A stretch of DNA of 64,000 bases. It comes from Acidimicrobiia bacterium (GTDB lineage Bacteria > Actinomycetota > Acidimicrobiia > Spongiisociales > UBA11373). Location: the NCBI GenBank assembly GCA_041551965.1, contig JBFELU010000002.1, forward strand, positions 5,829-69,828. The letters run 5' to 3'. Positions 28,423 through 36,918 of this stretch are shown here, piece by piece. The stretch's first letter is position 1; every line of letters starts with the position of its first letter. Made by a program: the position numbers and the translations under genes. The notes beneath the pieces were generated by a model that was not told the DNA's origin, did no database searches, and saw nothing but the letters and a program-made list of their open reading frames with translations.

Positions 28423-29244
28423 TCATCGTGCAGCTCCTGTCGGTCCAGCCCTGAAGCCGACCGAGACCCGCTCGGCCAAAGCGAACACCTCGTCGGCCCT
28501 CCCTCCTCGGACCGCGATGGCCATCAGACCGTACGAATCGGTGTGCACCAGGCCGACGCCCTCCCCGACATCGGCGTATGCCATCACCCAGGGCAGATCG
28601 TGGCTCGTCGAACCGACCCGGACCTTCACGACGTCGCCCGGGACGAGACCCGCGGCCTCCAGGTCGGCGGGCCCGATGTTGGTCTGGGCGTTGCCGAATG
28701 AATCGATCCACCACACTTCTCCCTGGACGAAACCGTCGCCTTGCTCGGGCAGCGGCAGGAGCAGCGGCATCAGCGTCCCGGTATCGACGGGAGCCCCGAG
28801 GTCTCCGAGCTCTGCCTCTCCCGAGGCGAGCACGGCGGCCGCCGGCGCAAAGACGTCGCGGCCCTCGAAGGTGGCTCCCTGTGACGGGAGCCGATAGGCG
28901 GGCGCATCGAGAACCACCGCCCGGCCCACCCCTCCGACCACCGCCACGGCCGGAGCCAACAGGCCGTTGTCGGGCCCCACGAAGTGACCCCACTCGGTCT
29001 CGAGTGCCACCGGGCGCCTTCCCCCACCCACTCCGGGATCGACGACCCCCAACACCACGCCCTCGGGCAGGTACTGCACCGCCCGGAGCAGCGCCAGGGC
29101 CCCGGCCCGCACGTTGCCACGCGGAACCCCGTGGGTCACATCGATCACCCGAATCTCCGGGGCGATGCGGGCGATCACACCGTGGACGACGCCGACGAAC
29201 TCGTCGGCGTGGCCGAAGTCGGAGAGGAACGAGATCGAGGCCAT
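28423..29244 (-). CDS. S-adenosyl-L-methionine hydroxide adenosyltransferase family protein (DUF62)
   Basis: MASISFLSDFGHADEFVGVVHGVIARIAP...DVTHGVP...GVVDPGVGG...VGPDNGLL is the SAM hydrolase/fluorinase-family fold, 273 aa. Confidence 0.75.
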   Translation of the reverse strand: MASISFLSDFGHADEFVGVVHGVIARIAPEIRVIDVTHGVPRGNVRAGALALLRAVQYLPEGVVLGVVDPGVGGGRRPVALETEWGHFVGPDNGLLAPAVAVVGGVGRAVVLDAPAYRLPSQGATFEGRDVFAPAAAVLASGEAELGDLGAPVDTGTLMPLLLPLPEQGDGFVQGEVWWIDSFGNAQTNIGPADLEAAGLVPGDVVKVRVGSTSHDLPWVMAYADVGEGVGLVHTDSYGLMAIAVRGGRADEVFALAERVSVGFRAGPTGAAR

Positions 29245-29337
29245 CGCCGGCGGAGGATACCCGGCCCGCCGAAGACATCACCCCGATACAATCCGCGACC
29301 CGACGAGGAGGCGGCGATCAACGACATCCACGCCGGT

Positions 29338-30201
29338 TTGCTGGATGACCTCACCCGCCGCCGCGGCGTGGTCATGCTGATCGGGGCGCGCGACACAGGC
29401 AAGACCTCGTTCGGTCTGCGCCTGCTCGAGGCGGCGGTGCACGCCGGGAAGACCGCCGCCTACGTCGACGCCGACGTCGACCAGACCACCACCGGACCAC
29501 CGGGATGCGCCGGTCTCCACTTCGTTCGGGACCGTCGCGACCTCGAGGATCTCGAGCGGGCCGATGCGCTCCAGTTCGTGGGCTCGATCACACCCGAGGG
29601 CCTCGTGCTCCAGCAGGTGGTGGCGACTGCAGCGCTGGTGGATCGAGCCCGCGATGAGGCCGACATCGTGGTCGTGGACACCACCGGCGTCGTCTCCGGG
29701 GTCACCGGCCAGACCCTCAAGTACCACAAGATGGAGCTGTGCCGACCCGACATGGTGGTGGGTCTGCAGCGGGGTGCCGAGTTGGAACCGCTCATCGGCA
29801 TGCTGCGGAGGTTCTTCTCCGCCGACGTCGAGATCGCCCCGGTGGACCCCGAGATCCGGACGCCGTCACCCGATGAACGGGAGGCGGCTCGCACCAAGGG
29901 ATTCACGGCCGCCTTTGCCGAGCCGCAACAGCGATGGCGGGTACGCCCGACCGTATTCGCCCCGACCCTCCCCGCCGGTCTGGATCTCGCCCGCCTCGAT
30001 CGAGTGCTGGTCGGCGCCCTCGACGGCACCGGATGGTGCCTCGGTCTCGGCGTGCTCGAGTTCGCCGACGACGTGCTGCGCGTCAGCACCAACGCCGGCG
30101 ACGGGATGCGGGGCTTGCGGCTGGGCTCGATGACGGTCGATACCACGACCTACGAGGTGCAGCGCATAAAGCTGCGCGACCTCATGTTCGGGATCGACTG
30201 A
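29338..30201 (+). CDS. P-loop NTPase of the Clp1/Grc3 polynucleotide 5'-kinase-like family
   Basis: Walker A GARDTGKTSFG, then VDADVDQT, then IVVVDTTGVVSG, which matches the Clp1_P arrangement. The start is uncertain: TTG 29338, GTG 29371 or ATG 29377; the track's ATG 28984 extension overlaps the divergent gene. Confidence 0.55.
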   Translation: MLDDLTRRRGVVMLIGARDTGKTSFGLRLLEAAVHAGKTAAYVDADVDQTTTGPPGCAGLHFVRDRRDLEDLERADALQFVGSITPEGLVLQQVVATAALVDRARDEADIVVVDTTGVVSGVTGQTLKYHKMELCRPDMVVGLQRGAELEPLIGMLRRFFSADVEIAPVDPEIRTPSPDEREAARTKGFTAAFAEPQQRWRVRPTVFAPTLPAGLDLARLDRVLVGALDGTGWCLGLGVLEFADDVLRVSTNAGDGMRGLRLGSMTVDTTTYEVQRIKLRDLMFGID

Positions 30202-30498
30202 GGAGCGCGAAAGAATCCGCCCCAGAAACTTGTCGACACCGCTTGTGCACAACCCCCTGTGGATGAGTGTGGATATGTGGAAAAGTCCCCCGAAGGCGCT
30301 CCACCAAGGGCAAGGTATGGTGAGATGGGTTCGATTCAATGCGCGACATCGCGAAATCGACGTTCCGGGAGCCCCGTTGACGACACCCTCGTCCCCCAAT
30401 AGGGTCGGCCGCGCAAGGCCCGAGGTGCCGATGCGAGACGGCGCTCCGTTTGGGGAAGTGCGGGGCGGCGGCCGTGGAGGTTCGTCGGGCCTTCGCCC

Positions 30499-31020
30499 AT
30501 GATCAGCGGGATTCGGCTCCCGGTGCGATGGTCGACCATCGGTTTCCCGGCCGCCTTCCGTGCCGAGGTCATCACGATCACCGACGGCTCACCCGCATGG
30601 AGTTGGGAAGGGACCATCCCCGAACTCGGGATCCCCACCTTCCGCCCCCCGACGGCCGACGTCGTCCCCGGGTGGGGCGTGGACCATCTCGTCCTGCTCG
30701 TGCCCACCATCGAGATCTCGGTGCTCGACATCGAGCGGGCCGGCTACCGGGTCCGGCGGCGGGCGGAAGTCCGCGGCAGCCCGGTCGCCTTCTTCCGCGT
30801 GGGCCCAGTGCTCGAGGTCATCGAGGCCGCGGTGCCCGAGCCGACCTTGTACGGGATTGCGCTCTGGACCCGGGAGGATCTGAGTGAGGTCGCCCGACGC
30901 CTGCGCTCGACGGGCACCGACCTGGGGGGCCCGAGGCGGGCGATTCAGCCGGGCCGGGAGATCCTGACGGTGCGCGGCCTCGGAGCCGGTCTCGCCGTCA
31001 TGACGCCGCCGACGGCATGA
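30499..31020 (+). CDS. VOC/glyoxalase-like domain protein (tentative)
   Basis: 173 aa with high GC3; the GVDHLVLLVPTIEISVLDIERAGYRV segment resembles a VOC fold. It follows a 300-bp lower-GC non-coding region. Confidence 0.5.
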   Translation: MISGIRLPVRWSTIGFPAAFRAEVITITDGSPAWSWEGTIPELGIPTFRPPTADVVPGWGVDHLVLLVPTIEISVLDIERAGYRVRRRAEVRGSPVAFFRVGPVLEVIEAAVPEPTLYGIALWTREDLSEVARRLRSTGTDLGGPRRAIQPGREILTVRGLGAGLAVMTPPTA

Positions 31021-32197
31021 TTCCGGCGTAGAGCTCGAGGAGACGATCGACCGTCGCCACCCAGGAGAACTGCTCGGCGTGTGCCACCGCGCCGGCCGAC
31101 AGTCTCGCTGCGGTGGCCGGATCACCGAGCACCCGCACCAGGGCTTCTCCGAAGTGGGCCGGATCCCAACCGTCGACGAGAAACCCGGAGGTGCCGTCGG
31201 ACACCGCATGGGCCAGTCCGCCGACGCGGGAAGCGATCACAGGGAGCCCGCACGCCTGGGCCTCGGCGGCAACCAGCCCGAACGACTCGCTCCGGGACGG
31301 GACGAGGAGCACGTCGGCGGCCCGGAAGGCGTCGGCCATGGCCGCGTGCGGCATCGGCGGCCGGAATTCGATCCGATGGCCGGCGGCCAGGTCGCGCAGC
31401 TTCTCGATCTCCCGTTCTCCTCTGGGCCCACTGGGGCCGCCGATCACCAACATCTGGAGATCGGGGACCCGGTCGGCGGCGGTGACGAAGGCGCGAACGG
31501 CCACGTCGGCCGCCTTGAGCGGCTGGATCCTCCCGGCGAACAGCACCATCGGCCCCTCCGAAAGGCCGAGGGCCGCCCGGGAGCGGGCCCGATCGCCGGG
31601 ATGGAACACGTCGTGATCGACGCCGGGCGGAGAGACGCAGAGACGCTCGGGGTCCGCCCCGTAGTGCTCGAGGAGTTGGCCGGCTTCGACCGGGGTCGAT
31701 GCGACCACACACCCGGCCCGGCTGATCACCTCCGTCTCGGCGGCGATGCGGAGCAGGCTCGTCGGGGGGTCGTCGGCCCGGCGGTTGGCGTCCTTGACGC
31801 GTCCCAGTGTGTGAAACGAGATGGCAAAGGGAACATCGAGGACATCCTGGAGAAGCACTCCCGCCCAGCCGGACAGCCAGTAATGGGAGTGGACGACATC
31901 GTGACGCACTTCGCGGGCGGCGGCCCACTTGATGACTCCCTCGGCGAACTCCCCGACGGCTCCGGCCGGGTCGTCCGAAGCGACGTCGACATGGACCACC
32001 CGGTACCCGCCGGATGACTCCACCTCGTCGGGCACGTTGGCGTCGCGACGGGCGGTGAACACATCGACCGCCACTCCCCGGGCGGCGAGCGCGCCGGCGA
32101 GCTCGTCGATGTAGACATTCATGCCGCCGGCGTTCCCCGATCCGGGAACCGTCAGCGGGCAGGTGTGGATGCTCAGGAACGCAACCCGCTCGATCAT
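30998..32197 (-). CDS. GT4 glycosyltransferase, MshA-like (D-inositol-3-phosphate glycosyltransferase family)
   Basis: N-terminus RVAFLSIHTCPLTVPGSGNAGGMNVYIDELAGALAARGVAVDVFT matches the MshA signature ([26 protein letters not shown]). C-terminal GT4 EX7E region. Confidence 0.7.
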   Translation of the reverse strand: MIERVAFLSIHTCPLTVPGSGNAGGMNVYIDELAGALAARGVAVDVFTARRDANVPDEVESSGGYRVVHVDVASDDPAGAVGEFAEGVIKWAAAREVRHDVVHSHYWLSGWAGVLLQDVLDVPFAISFHTLGRVKDANRRADDPPTSLLRIAAETEVISRAGCVVASTPVEAGQLLEHYGADPERLCVSPPGVDHDVFHPGDRARSRAALGLSEGPMVLFAGRIQPLKAADVAVRAFVTAADRVPDLQMLVIGGPSGPRGEREIEKLRDLAAGHRIEFRPPMPHAAMADAFRAADVLLVPSRSESFGLVAAEAQACGLPVIASRVGGLAHAVSDGTSGFLVDGWDPAHFGEALVRVLGDPATAARLSAGAVAHAEQFSWVATVDRLLELYAGIMPSAAS

Positions 32198-33102
32198 GTC
32201 GTACCCTCCAGGAGGTACAACTCCCGCGGCTCTGCTCCCATTCTGAACTTGTAGGTCTCGTCACCCTTGAGGAAGTCGAAGACCGACCGCCCCGCCGCCA
32301 CCGAATCCGACAACAGGAGCTCGAGCAGCACCATGCCCGGCGAAGTCGCCGCGGCCGACGGGTCGAAGGCCGAGTTGTAGAGGTAGTAGGCATCGGGGGT
32401 CTCGAACCCGAACGACGCCGCCAGTGCGATGCCCTCCTCGCCGGTGAGGAGATGGATGCCGGCCCCGGACACTTCGAGCAGCGAGCCGAAGAAGGACTCC
32501 AAGGCCGGGGTCATGAACAACCCCTTCGGTCCGGGGGCACTCCGATGCATCTCCGCAAACCGGGCGAGGGCGGTGCGGTCGGTTGCCCTGGTGATTCGGG
32601 CCGGACCGTGGGTCTCGGTGAAGCGGCGCATCTTGCGTCGCGTCTCATGGCGCTGCTTCGACCCCAGAGCGGCCAGGCGATCCTCATCGGTCGCGGGAAG
32701 GTTCAGCACGGCGCTCACCTCGTCCGGCCGAGCCACCACGGCGAAGCCGGCGGCCTCGAGACCGTCCTTCAACTGCGCGGCGGCTTCCCCCGGGAGCGAG
32801 TCGAACAGGAACCGGGTCCCCGGTTGGAGCGTTCCCAGGAACTCAGCCGCCGCGGCGCCTCCCCCCGATCCCAGCGGGCTGTGGTAGTCGGTGAGGTCTG
32901 CCTCGCCCAGGAACTCCACGGTTCCCGTCACCTCCCGCAAGGGCAGGAGCGCCGTCTCGGATTCCACCAACCGCAACTCGCCGCCGCCACGGTGACGCCA
33001 CCAGGCCTCGAGGAACCCGCGATGAGGGAAGGGCCCCACCGCCGCAGCGGCCGGCGGACGGGTCCAATCGACCGCGGACCAGTCGTCGGTGACCTCGATC
33101 AC
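32194..33102 (-). CDS. GNAT-fold acyltransferase, FemAB/CelD (BioF2-like) family
   Basis: 302 aa with a C-terminal VFDFLKGDETYKFRMGAEPRELY motif typical of the CelD/BioF2-like acetyltransferase domain. The start overlaps the GT4 stop. Confidence 0.6.
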   Translation of the reverse strand: MIEVTDDWSAVDWTRPPAAAAVGPFPHRGFLEAWWRHRGGGELRLVESETALLPLREVTGTVEFLGEADLTDYHSPLGSGGGAAAAEFLGTLQPGTRFLFDSLPGEAAAQLKDGLEAAGFAVVARPDEVSAVLNLPATDEDRLAALGSKQRHETRRKMRRFTETHGPARITRATDRTALARFAEMHRSAPGPKGLFMTPALESFFGSLLEVSGAGIHLLTGEEGIALAASFGFETPDAYYLYNSAFDPSAAATSPGMVLLELLLSDSVAAGRSVFDFLKGDETYKFRMGAEPRELYLLEGTT

Positions 33103-34040
33103 TCGGCGTCCTCCAGGGGCCGGGTCGTGCCGACGCGACGGGCTCCGCCGAGTACGGGGGGTCGCGCCACCTCAGCCAGGGCCTGCTCCGGATGAGCGGG
33201 GAGCAGGCCGAGACGACGCAGCATCTCGATCACGGCGATCACGGCCGCCGGCAGCGCCCCGGTCCACGCCTTGGCGGCGATCCCCACTCCGGAGAAGTGG
33301 GCCAGGCCGAGGCACCCCATTGCCCCCCCTTTGACGGCCGCCGGGATCCAACGCGCCAACTGCGTCTCCTCTCGATCCCCGTCCGCGGTGAGCGCGGAGA
33401 AGCGGGACACAGCCCGCGCCACCTCCGAGAGCCGCGGATCCGAAGCCAGCGCCGCGTAGGCGGTGGCCAATCCGATCACGGTGCCGCCGAAGGTCGGCAC
33501 CCCACACCCATCGACCCCGACGGGACCGACGTCCTCCCGGGTCGTCTCGGCCAGGCACGAGGCGATCTCCTTCTGGAGGGGATGGGCAGAATCGGTGTAG
33601 TGGAAAGACCATTCGAGCGCGGCACAGGCCCGCAACATCGCGGCGTGCTTTCCGGAGCAGTTGTGGGCCAACCGCCTCGGGGATGCCCAACCGGCGGCTC
33701 CGGCACGGCGCATCGCCGAAGGGCTCATCGGCCAGGAAGGAGGGCAGGCGAGGTTCTCCTCCCCCAAGCCGACCTCCCGCAGCATCTCGGTGACGTGGGC
33801 GAGGTGCACCGGTTGACCGCCGTGACTCGCCGACGCGATCGCCAGCCGCTCCGGCGCCAAGTCGGCGCCGAGCCGTTGGGAAACCGAGGCCTGAAAGGGC
33901 TTGATCGCCGAGCGGAAGAAGAACCTTCGATCGAGATCGGTGCCAAAGGTCTCCAGGACCTTGCCGGACGAATCCACTGCAGCGACCGTCACCGAGTGCC
34001 GGGCCTCCACCAGCCCGGATCGCTCCACGCCGATCTGCAC
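33099..34040 (-). CDS. Asparaginase II family protein (PF06089-type)
   Basis: RSAIKPFQA...CSGKHAAMLRAC...GVDGCGVP are asparaginase-II family signatures, 313 aa. Confidence 0.75.
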   Translation of the reverse strand: MQIGVERSGLVEARHSVTVAAVDSSGKVLETFGTDLDRRFFFRSAIKPFQASVSQRLGADLAPERLAIASASHGGQPVHLAHVTEMLREVGLGEENLACPPSWPMSPSAMRRAGAAGWASPRRLAHNCSGKHAAMLRACAALEWSFHYTDSAHPLQKEIASCLAETTREDVGPVGVDGCGVPTFGGTVIGLATAYAALASDPRLSEVARAVSRFSALTADGDREETQLARWIPAAVKGGAMGCLGLAHFSGVGIAAKAWTGALPAAVIAVIEMLRRLGLLPAHPEQALAEVARPPVLGGARRVGTTRPLEDAE

Positions 34041-34041
34041 G

Positions 34042-34581
34042 TCAGTCCTGCTGCAGCAACTCGTGGGGATCGGCCAGACCTTCGCGATAGCGGCGGGTCA
34101 ATTCGTGCTGCACCGCATCATGGGCTTCGAACACCGCTCGTCGCTGCCGCGATATCTCGCCCTCGGCCTCGGTGAGCGTTGCCTGGATCTGCTCCAACTC
34201 CTCGTCGTCGATCTCGTGGAGATGCACGAGGAAGTCGTCGCCGAGCACGCGGTCGATGGCCCGGCGACCCCGCCCCGAGAACTCCGGGGCATCGATCTCG
34301 AGCCGGCGCGAGGCAACCGGTGCGGTCGACGGCGTGGCTCCGGCCAGGATGTCGGGGAGCGCCTCGATCAGGCTCCGCTCTTCCTCACCGCTCCGGCGTC
34401 GCATCTCGAAGGACAGCAGATCCATGCGTCCGTGCAGCAGGCGGCGGTAGTAGGACAGCTCGGTGTCCAACTCATCGCAGATACGGCGACGACGGCGGAG
34501 CTCGTCGATGCCGATCTCGGTGAGCTCGGCCACGAACTCGGGGGATTCGACCAGGTCGATACGGCGGCGGTTCTTTGTCAC
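34042..34581 (-). CDS. Coiled-coil protein with two RsiG-like c-di-GMP-binding helix motifs (putative anti-sigma factor RsiG homologue)
   Basis: 179 aa, charged and helical. Motif 1: D39-x3-S43-x2-R46-x3-H50-x3-D54 (DTELSYYRRLLHGRMD). Motif 2, exactly 100 aa later: E139-x3-S143-x2-R146-x3-F150-x3-D154 (EGEISRQRRAVFEAHD). Both have the spacing of the RsiG E-x3-S-x2-R-x3-Q-x3-D motif. Confidence 0.5.
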   Translation of the reverse strand: MTKNRRRIDLVESPEFVAELTEIGIDELRRRRRICDELDTELSYYRRLLHGRMDLLSFEMRRRSGEEERSLIEALPDILAGATPSTAPVASRRLEIDAPEFSGRGRRAIDRVLGDDFLVHLHEIDDEELEQIQATLTEAEGEISRQRRAVFEAHDAVQHELTRRYREGLADPHELLQQD

Positions 34582-34613
34582 GACATCACCCTCAGGACCG
34601 AGAGCCTAGGGGG

Positions 34614-35759
34614 TCAGCATACGGCCCGGACCGAAGGATACGGGTTCACGGCAATGGTGCCACCCGGAAAGATCCCGAAGTGGAGGTGATAGGCCCCCGG
34701 TGCCGGATTCCCCGTGTCTCCCACCGTCCCGATCACGGTTCCGATGGTGATGGTGTCGCCGCTCCCGAGATCGGCGGCGAACGCGTCGAGGTGGGCGTAG
34801 AAGTAAGACACGCCGTAGTCGGAGTGCAGCCAGGCAGTGTTGCCGCCGAGCACACTCGATCCGTATCGAATGACGCCGTTGGCCACCGCCACCAGCGGCG
34901 TGCCCCTCGGCGCCATCATGTCCGTCCCCCGGTGGGTGCGGCCCCCGGAACGAGGAGCACCCCACGTGTCGATGAAGGACGAGGGCCCGGCCACCGGACA
35001 GATGAACCCCGGGGTGAGATCGAACCCGATCCCGGCCGCCGGTCCCGCCGTCGCCTCCAGGAGAGCCCGGCGAATCCGCTCCTCCTCCTCGCGTCGGCGG
35101 CGCTCTTCTTCCTCGCGTCTCCGCTGCTCGGCCAGTTCGCCTTCGACCTGGGCCAGATCCTGATCTGCCTCGGCGAGACCTTGCTCCGCTTCGGCGAAAA
35201 GCTCGTTCATGCGGGCCGCCACCGCCTCCGCTTCGAGCCGCAATTCGGTTACCCGATCCGAGTCGGCCGCGACCTGCTCTTCGAGCCGCTCCATCTCGTC
35301 GGTGATCGCCAGCAGCGACGTCAACGCTGCGGCATCGGCCTCGATGGCACCGGCGAGGATCTCCCGGGCGATGACCGCCTGCTGCACCCGATCGGAGGCA
35401 AACACGAGCGATACCTCGTCGGCCCGTTCTCCCCGCATGTAGGCGTCGACCGCTCGCAGCCGAACGGTCTCCCTGAGATTCCCGACCTCGTTCTCGTAGG
35501 TATCGATGCGGCTCCGCAGCTGACCCATCCGGAAGGTGAGCTCTTGGAACTCCGCGTTGATCTCCTCGTAGCGAGTCACGGCCGCCTCGAGGTCCTGGAG
35601 GGCAGCGGCCCGCTCGGTCGCCGCCGCCTCTCGATCGCGTCGGGCCTCCTCAACCTCTTCTTCCGTCACCGAACGCGCCGGGACCGCCGTCGCCATCAGC
35701 CACAACAGCATCAGGCCGACGGCGGTCAGCAGCCGACGGTTGGCGAAGCGCATCTTCAT
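34614..35759 (-). CDS. M23 family metallopeptidase with N-terminal signal/TM and long coiled-coil (EnvC/RipA-like architecture)
   Basis: Start MKMRFANRRLLTAVGLMLLWLMATAVPA at 35759. About 200 aa of coiled coil (EQRRREEEERRRREEEER), then the LytM domain HRGTDMMAPRGTPLVAVANGV...AWLHSDYGVSYFYAHL...GDTGN...HLHFG. Confidence 0.8.
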   Translation of the reverse strand: MKMRFANRRLLTAVGLMLLWLMATAVPARSVTEEEVEEARRDREAAATERAAALQDLEAAVTRYEEINAEFQELTFRMGQLRSRIDTYENEVGNLRETVRLRAVDAYMRGERADEVSLVFASDRVQQAVIAREILAGAIEADAAALTSLLAITDEMERLEEQVAADSDRVTELRLEAEAVAARMNELFAEAEQGLAEADQDLAQVEGELAEQRRREEEERRRREEEERIRRALLEATAGPAAGIGFDLTPGFICPVAGPSSFIDTWGAPRSGGRTHRGTDMMAPRGTPLVAVANGVIRYGSSVLGGNTAWLHSDYGVSYFYAHLDAFAADLGSGDTITIGTVIGTVGDTGNPAPGAYHLHFGIFPGGTIAVNPYPSVRAVC

Positions 35760-35839
35760 CGAGTGCCCGTCATCGTATGAGTGAATCGGGGTTATCCCCA
35801 GCCTTTCATCGGCAGCCCCGCCGTGGTGGTGAATCGGAT

Positions 35840-36820
35840 TCAGGCGAGCAGCCGCAGCACGAGCCAGAACGGGCCCGAGGCCATCAGCAGCCCGTCGACG
35901 GCGTGGAAGCTCCCCGGCATGGCCCCCGACGAGTAGAAGCCCCCGGTGCGAAGCAGCGAACCGATCGTCCTCCCGGCGACCAGAGCCACCGCCGCTGCCG
36001 CCGCCGCCACCAGGCCCAGCACGAGGTCGTCCATGAGGGTCGCGCCCCCGATCCCACCCGCCGCCAAGGCGGCGAGCGAGGCGACGACCATCGAGTCGAG
36101 GCCGGGGACGTTCGCTTGGGCGGCAAACCACCCGAGTACCGCCGCAGCCACGGCCACGACCAGGAAGGCGAGAGCATCGTCCTCCGACCTCAGCCGGAGC
36201 AGCACGAGGGCCGAGGAGCCGAACCCGGCGATCAAGGCCAGCATCGCGCTGCCCGCCACCGATTCGATCGGACGGAGGTGTGGTCTCACGACCGCCCACA
36301 CCAGGGCGACGAGTCCGGCCCCGATCGTGGCCCCGGCCATCCCGGCACCGCCCCACCGGTAGGTGGCGAGCGCTCCGCCCACCACGCCGACCAGGAGGGG
36401 ACCGAAGCCGAGATGGACGTCGCGGCTGCGGGCCGACTCGGTGATGTCGTAGGCCCACAGCAGACCGGTGAGCACGACGGCGACGGTGAACCACTGCAAC
36501 GAAACGGCGTTGGTGACGAAGAGGGCGAGCGCGATCGCGAGGACGAGGCCGATCTCCATGCCGATGGGAGAACGAATCGTGGTTGCGCCCCCCGAAACCG
36601 GGGGAATGAGGGCAACCTCGTCGTCATCACCGACGGGGGTTTCCCCATCGGCCTGCTCCCCGTTCACCCACACCTGGGCGGCCGGAAGGCCCCGCTCGAA
36701 GGCAGGCCCGAATCGATCGGCCGCCCGGCCGAGCACCTCGGCGACCGACGATCCCTCGATCTCCGCCGACGCCGAGCCGGCCGCCTCGCGGAGATTCGCA
36801 AAGAGACGCAGGCGGGCCAT
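35840..36820 (-). CDS. MoaD/ThiS-like beta-grasp domain (ending PPVSGG) fused in frame to a ~245-aa polytopic membrane domain
   Basis: N-terminal 78 aa MARLRLFANLREAAG...VWVNGEQADGETPVGDDDEVALIPPVSGG is a sulfur-carrier fold with a diglycine end. No stop follows; the ORF continues as ATTIRSPIGMEIGLVLAIALALF... with 7-8 hydrophobic helices. The junction sits in a run of 6 G (6 C on the plus strand, ~36590). Confidence 0.55.
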   Translation of the reverse strand: MARLRLFANLREAAGSASAEIEGSSVAEVLGRAADRFGPAFERGLPAAQVWVNGEQADGETPVGDDDEVALIPPVSGGATTIRSPIGMEIGLVLAIALALFVTNAVSLQWFTVAVVLTGLLWAYDITESARSRDVHLGFGPLLVGVVGGALATYRWGGAGMAGATIGAGLVALVWAVVRPHLRPIESVAGSAMLALIAGFGSSALVLLRLRSEDDALAFLVVAVAAAVLGWFAAQANVPGLDSMVVASLAALAAGGIGGATLMDDLVLGLVAAAAAAVALVAGRTIGSLLRTGGFYSSGAMPGSFHAVDGLLMASGPFWLVLRLLA

Positions 36821-36918
36821 CAGGCGGCCACCATTCGATCACGTGGGGCGAGGTGCATGTCTCTCCGGTCGGTCAGGCGCCAGCGTACCGGGAGAGGGAA
36901 GGGTGACCACCGATTAGC

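Noticed and set aside
30325-30350. tRNA-like T-loop sequence GGGTTCGATTC
   Set aside because: Flanking bases cannot form a 5-bp T-stem, and no acceptor, D or anticodon arms can be drawn. Not a tRNA.
30230-30502. 90-aa ORF inside the 30.2-kb intergenic island
   Set aside because: Codon third positions are frequently A/T (aga, gtt, cga, aat, cat, gaa...), unlike bona fide genes here (GC3 ~90%). The region is better explained as non-coding.
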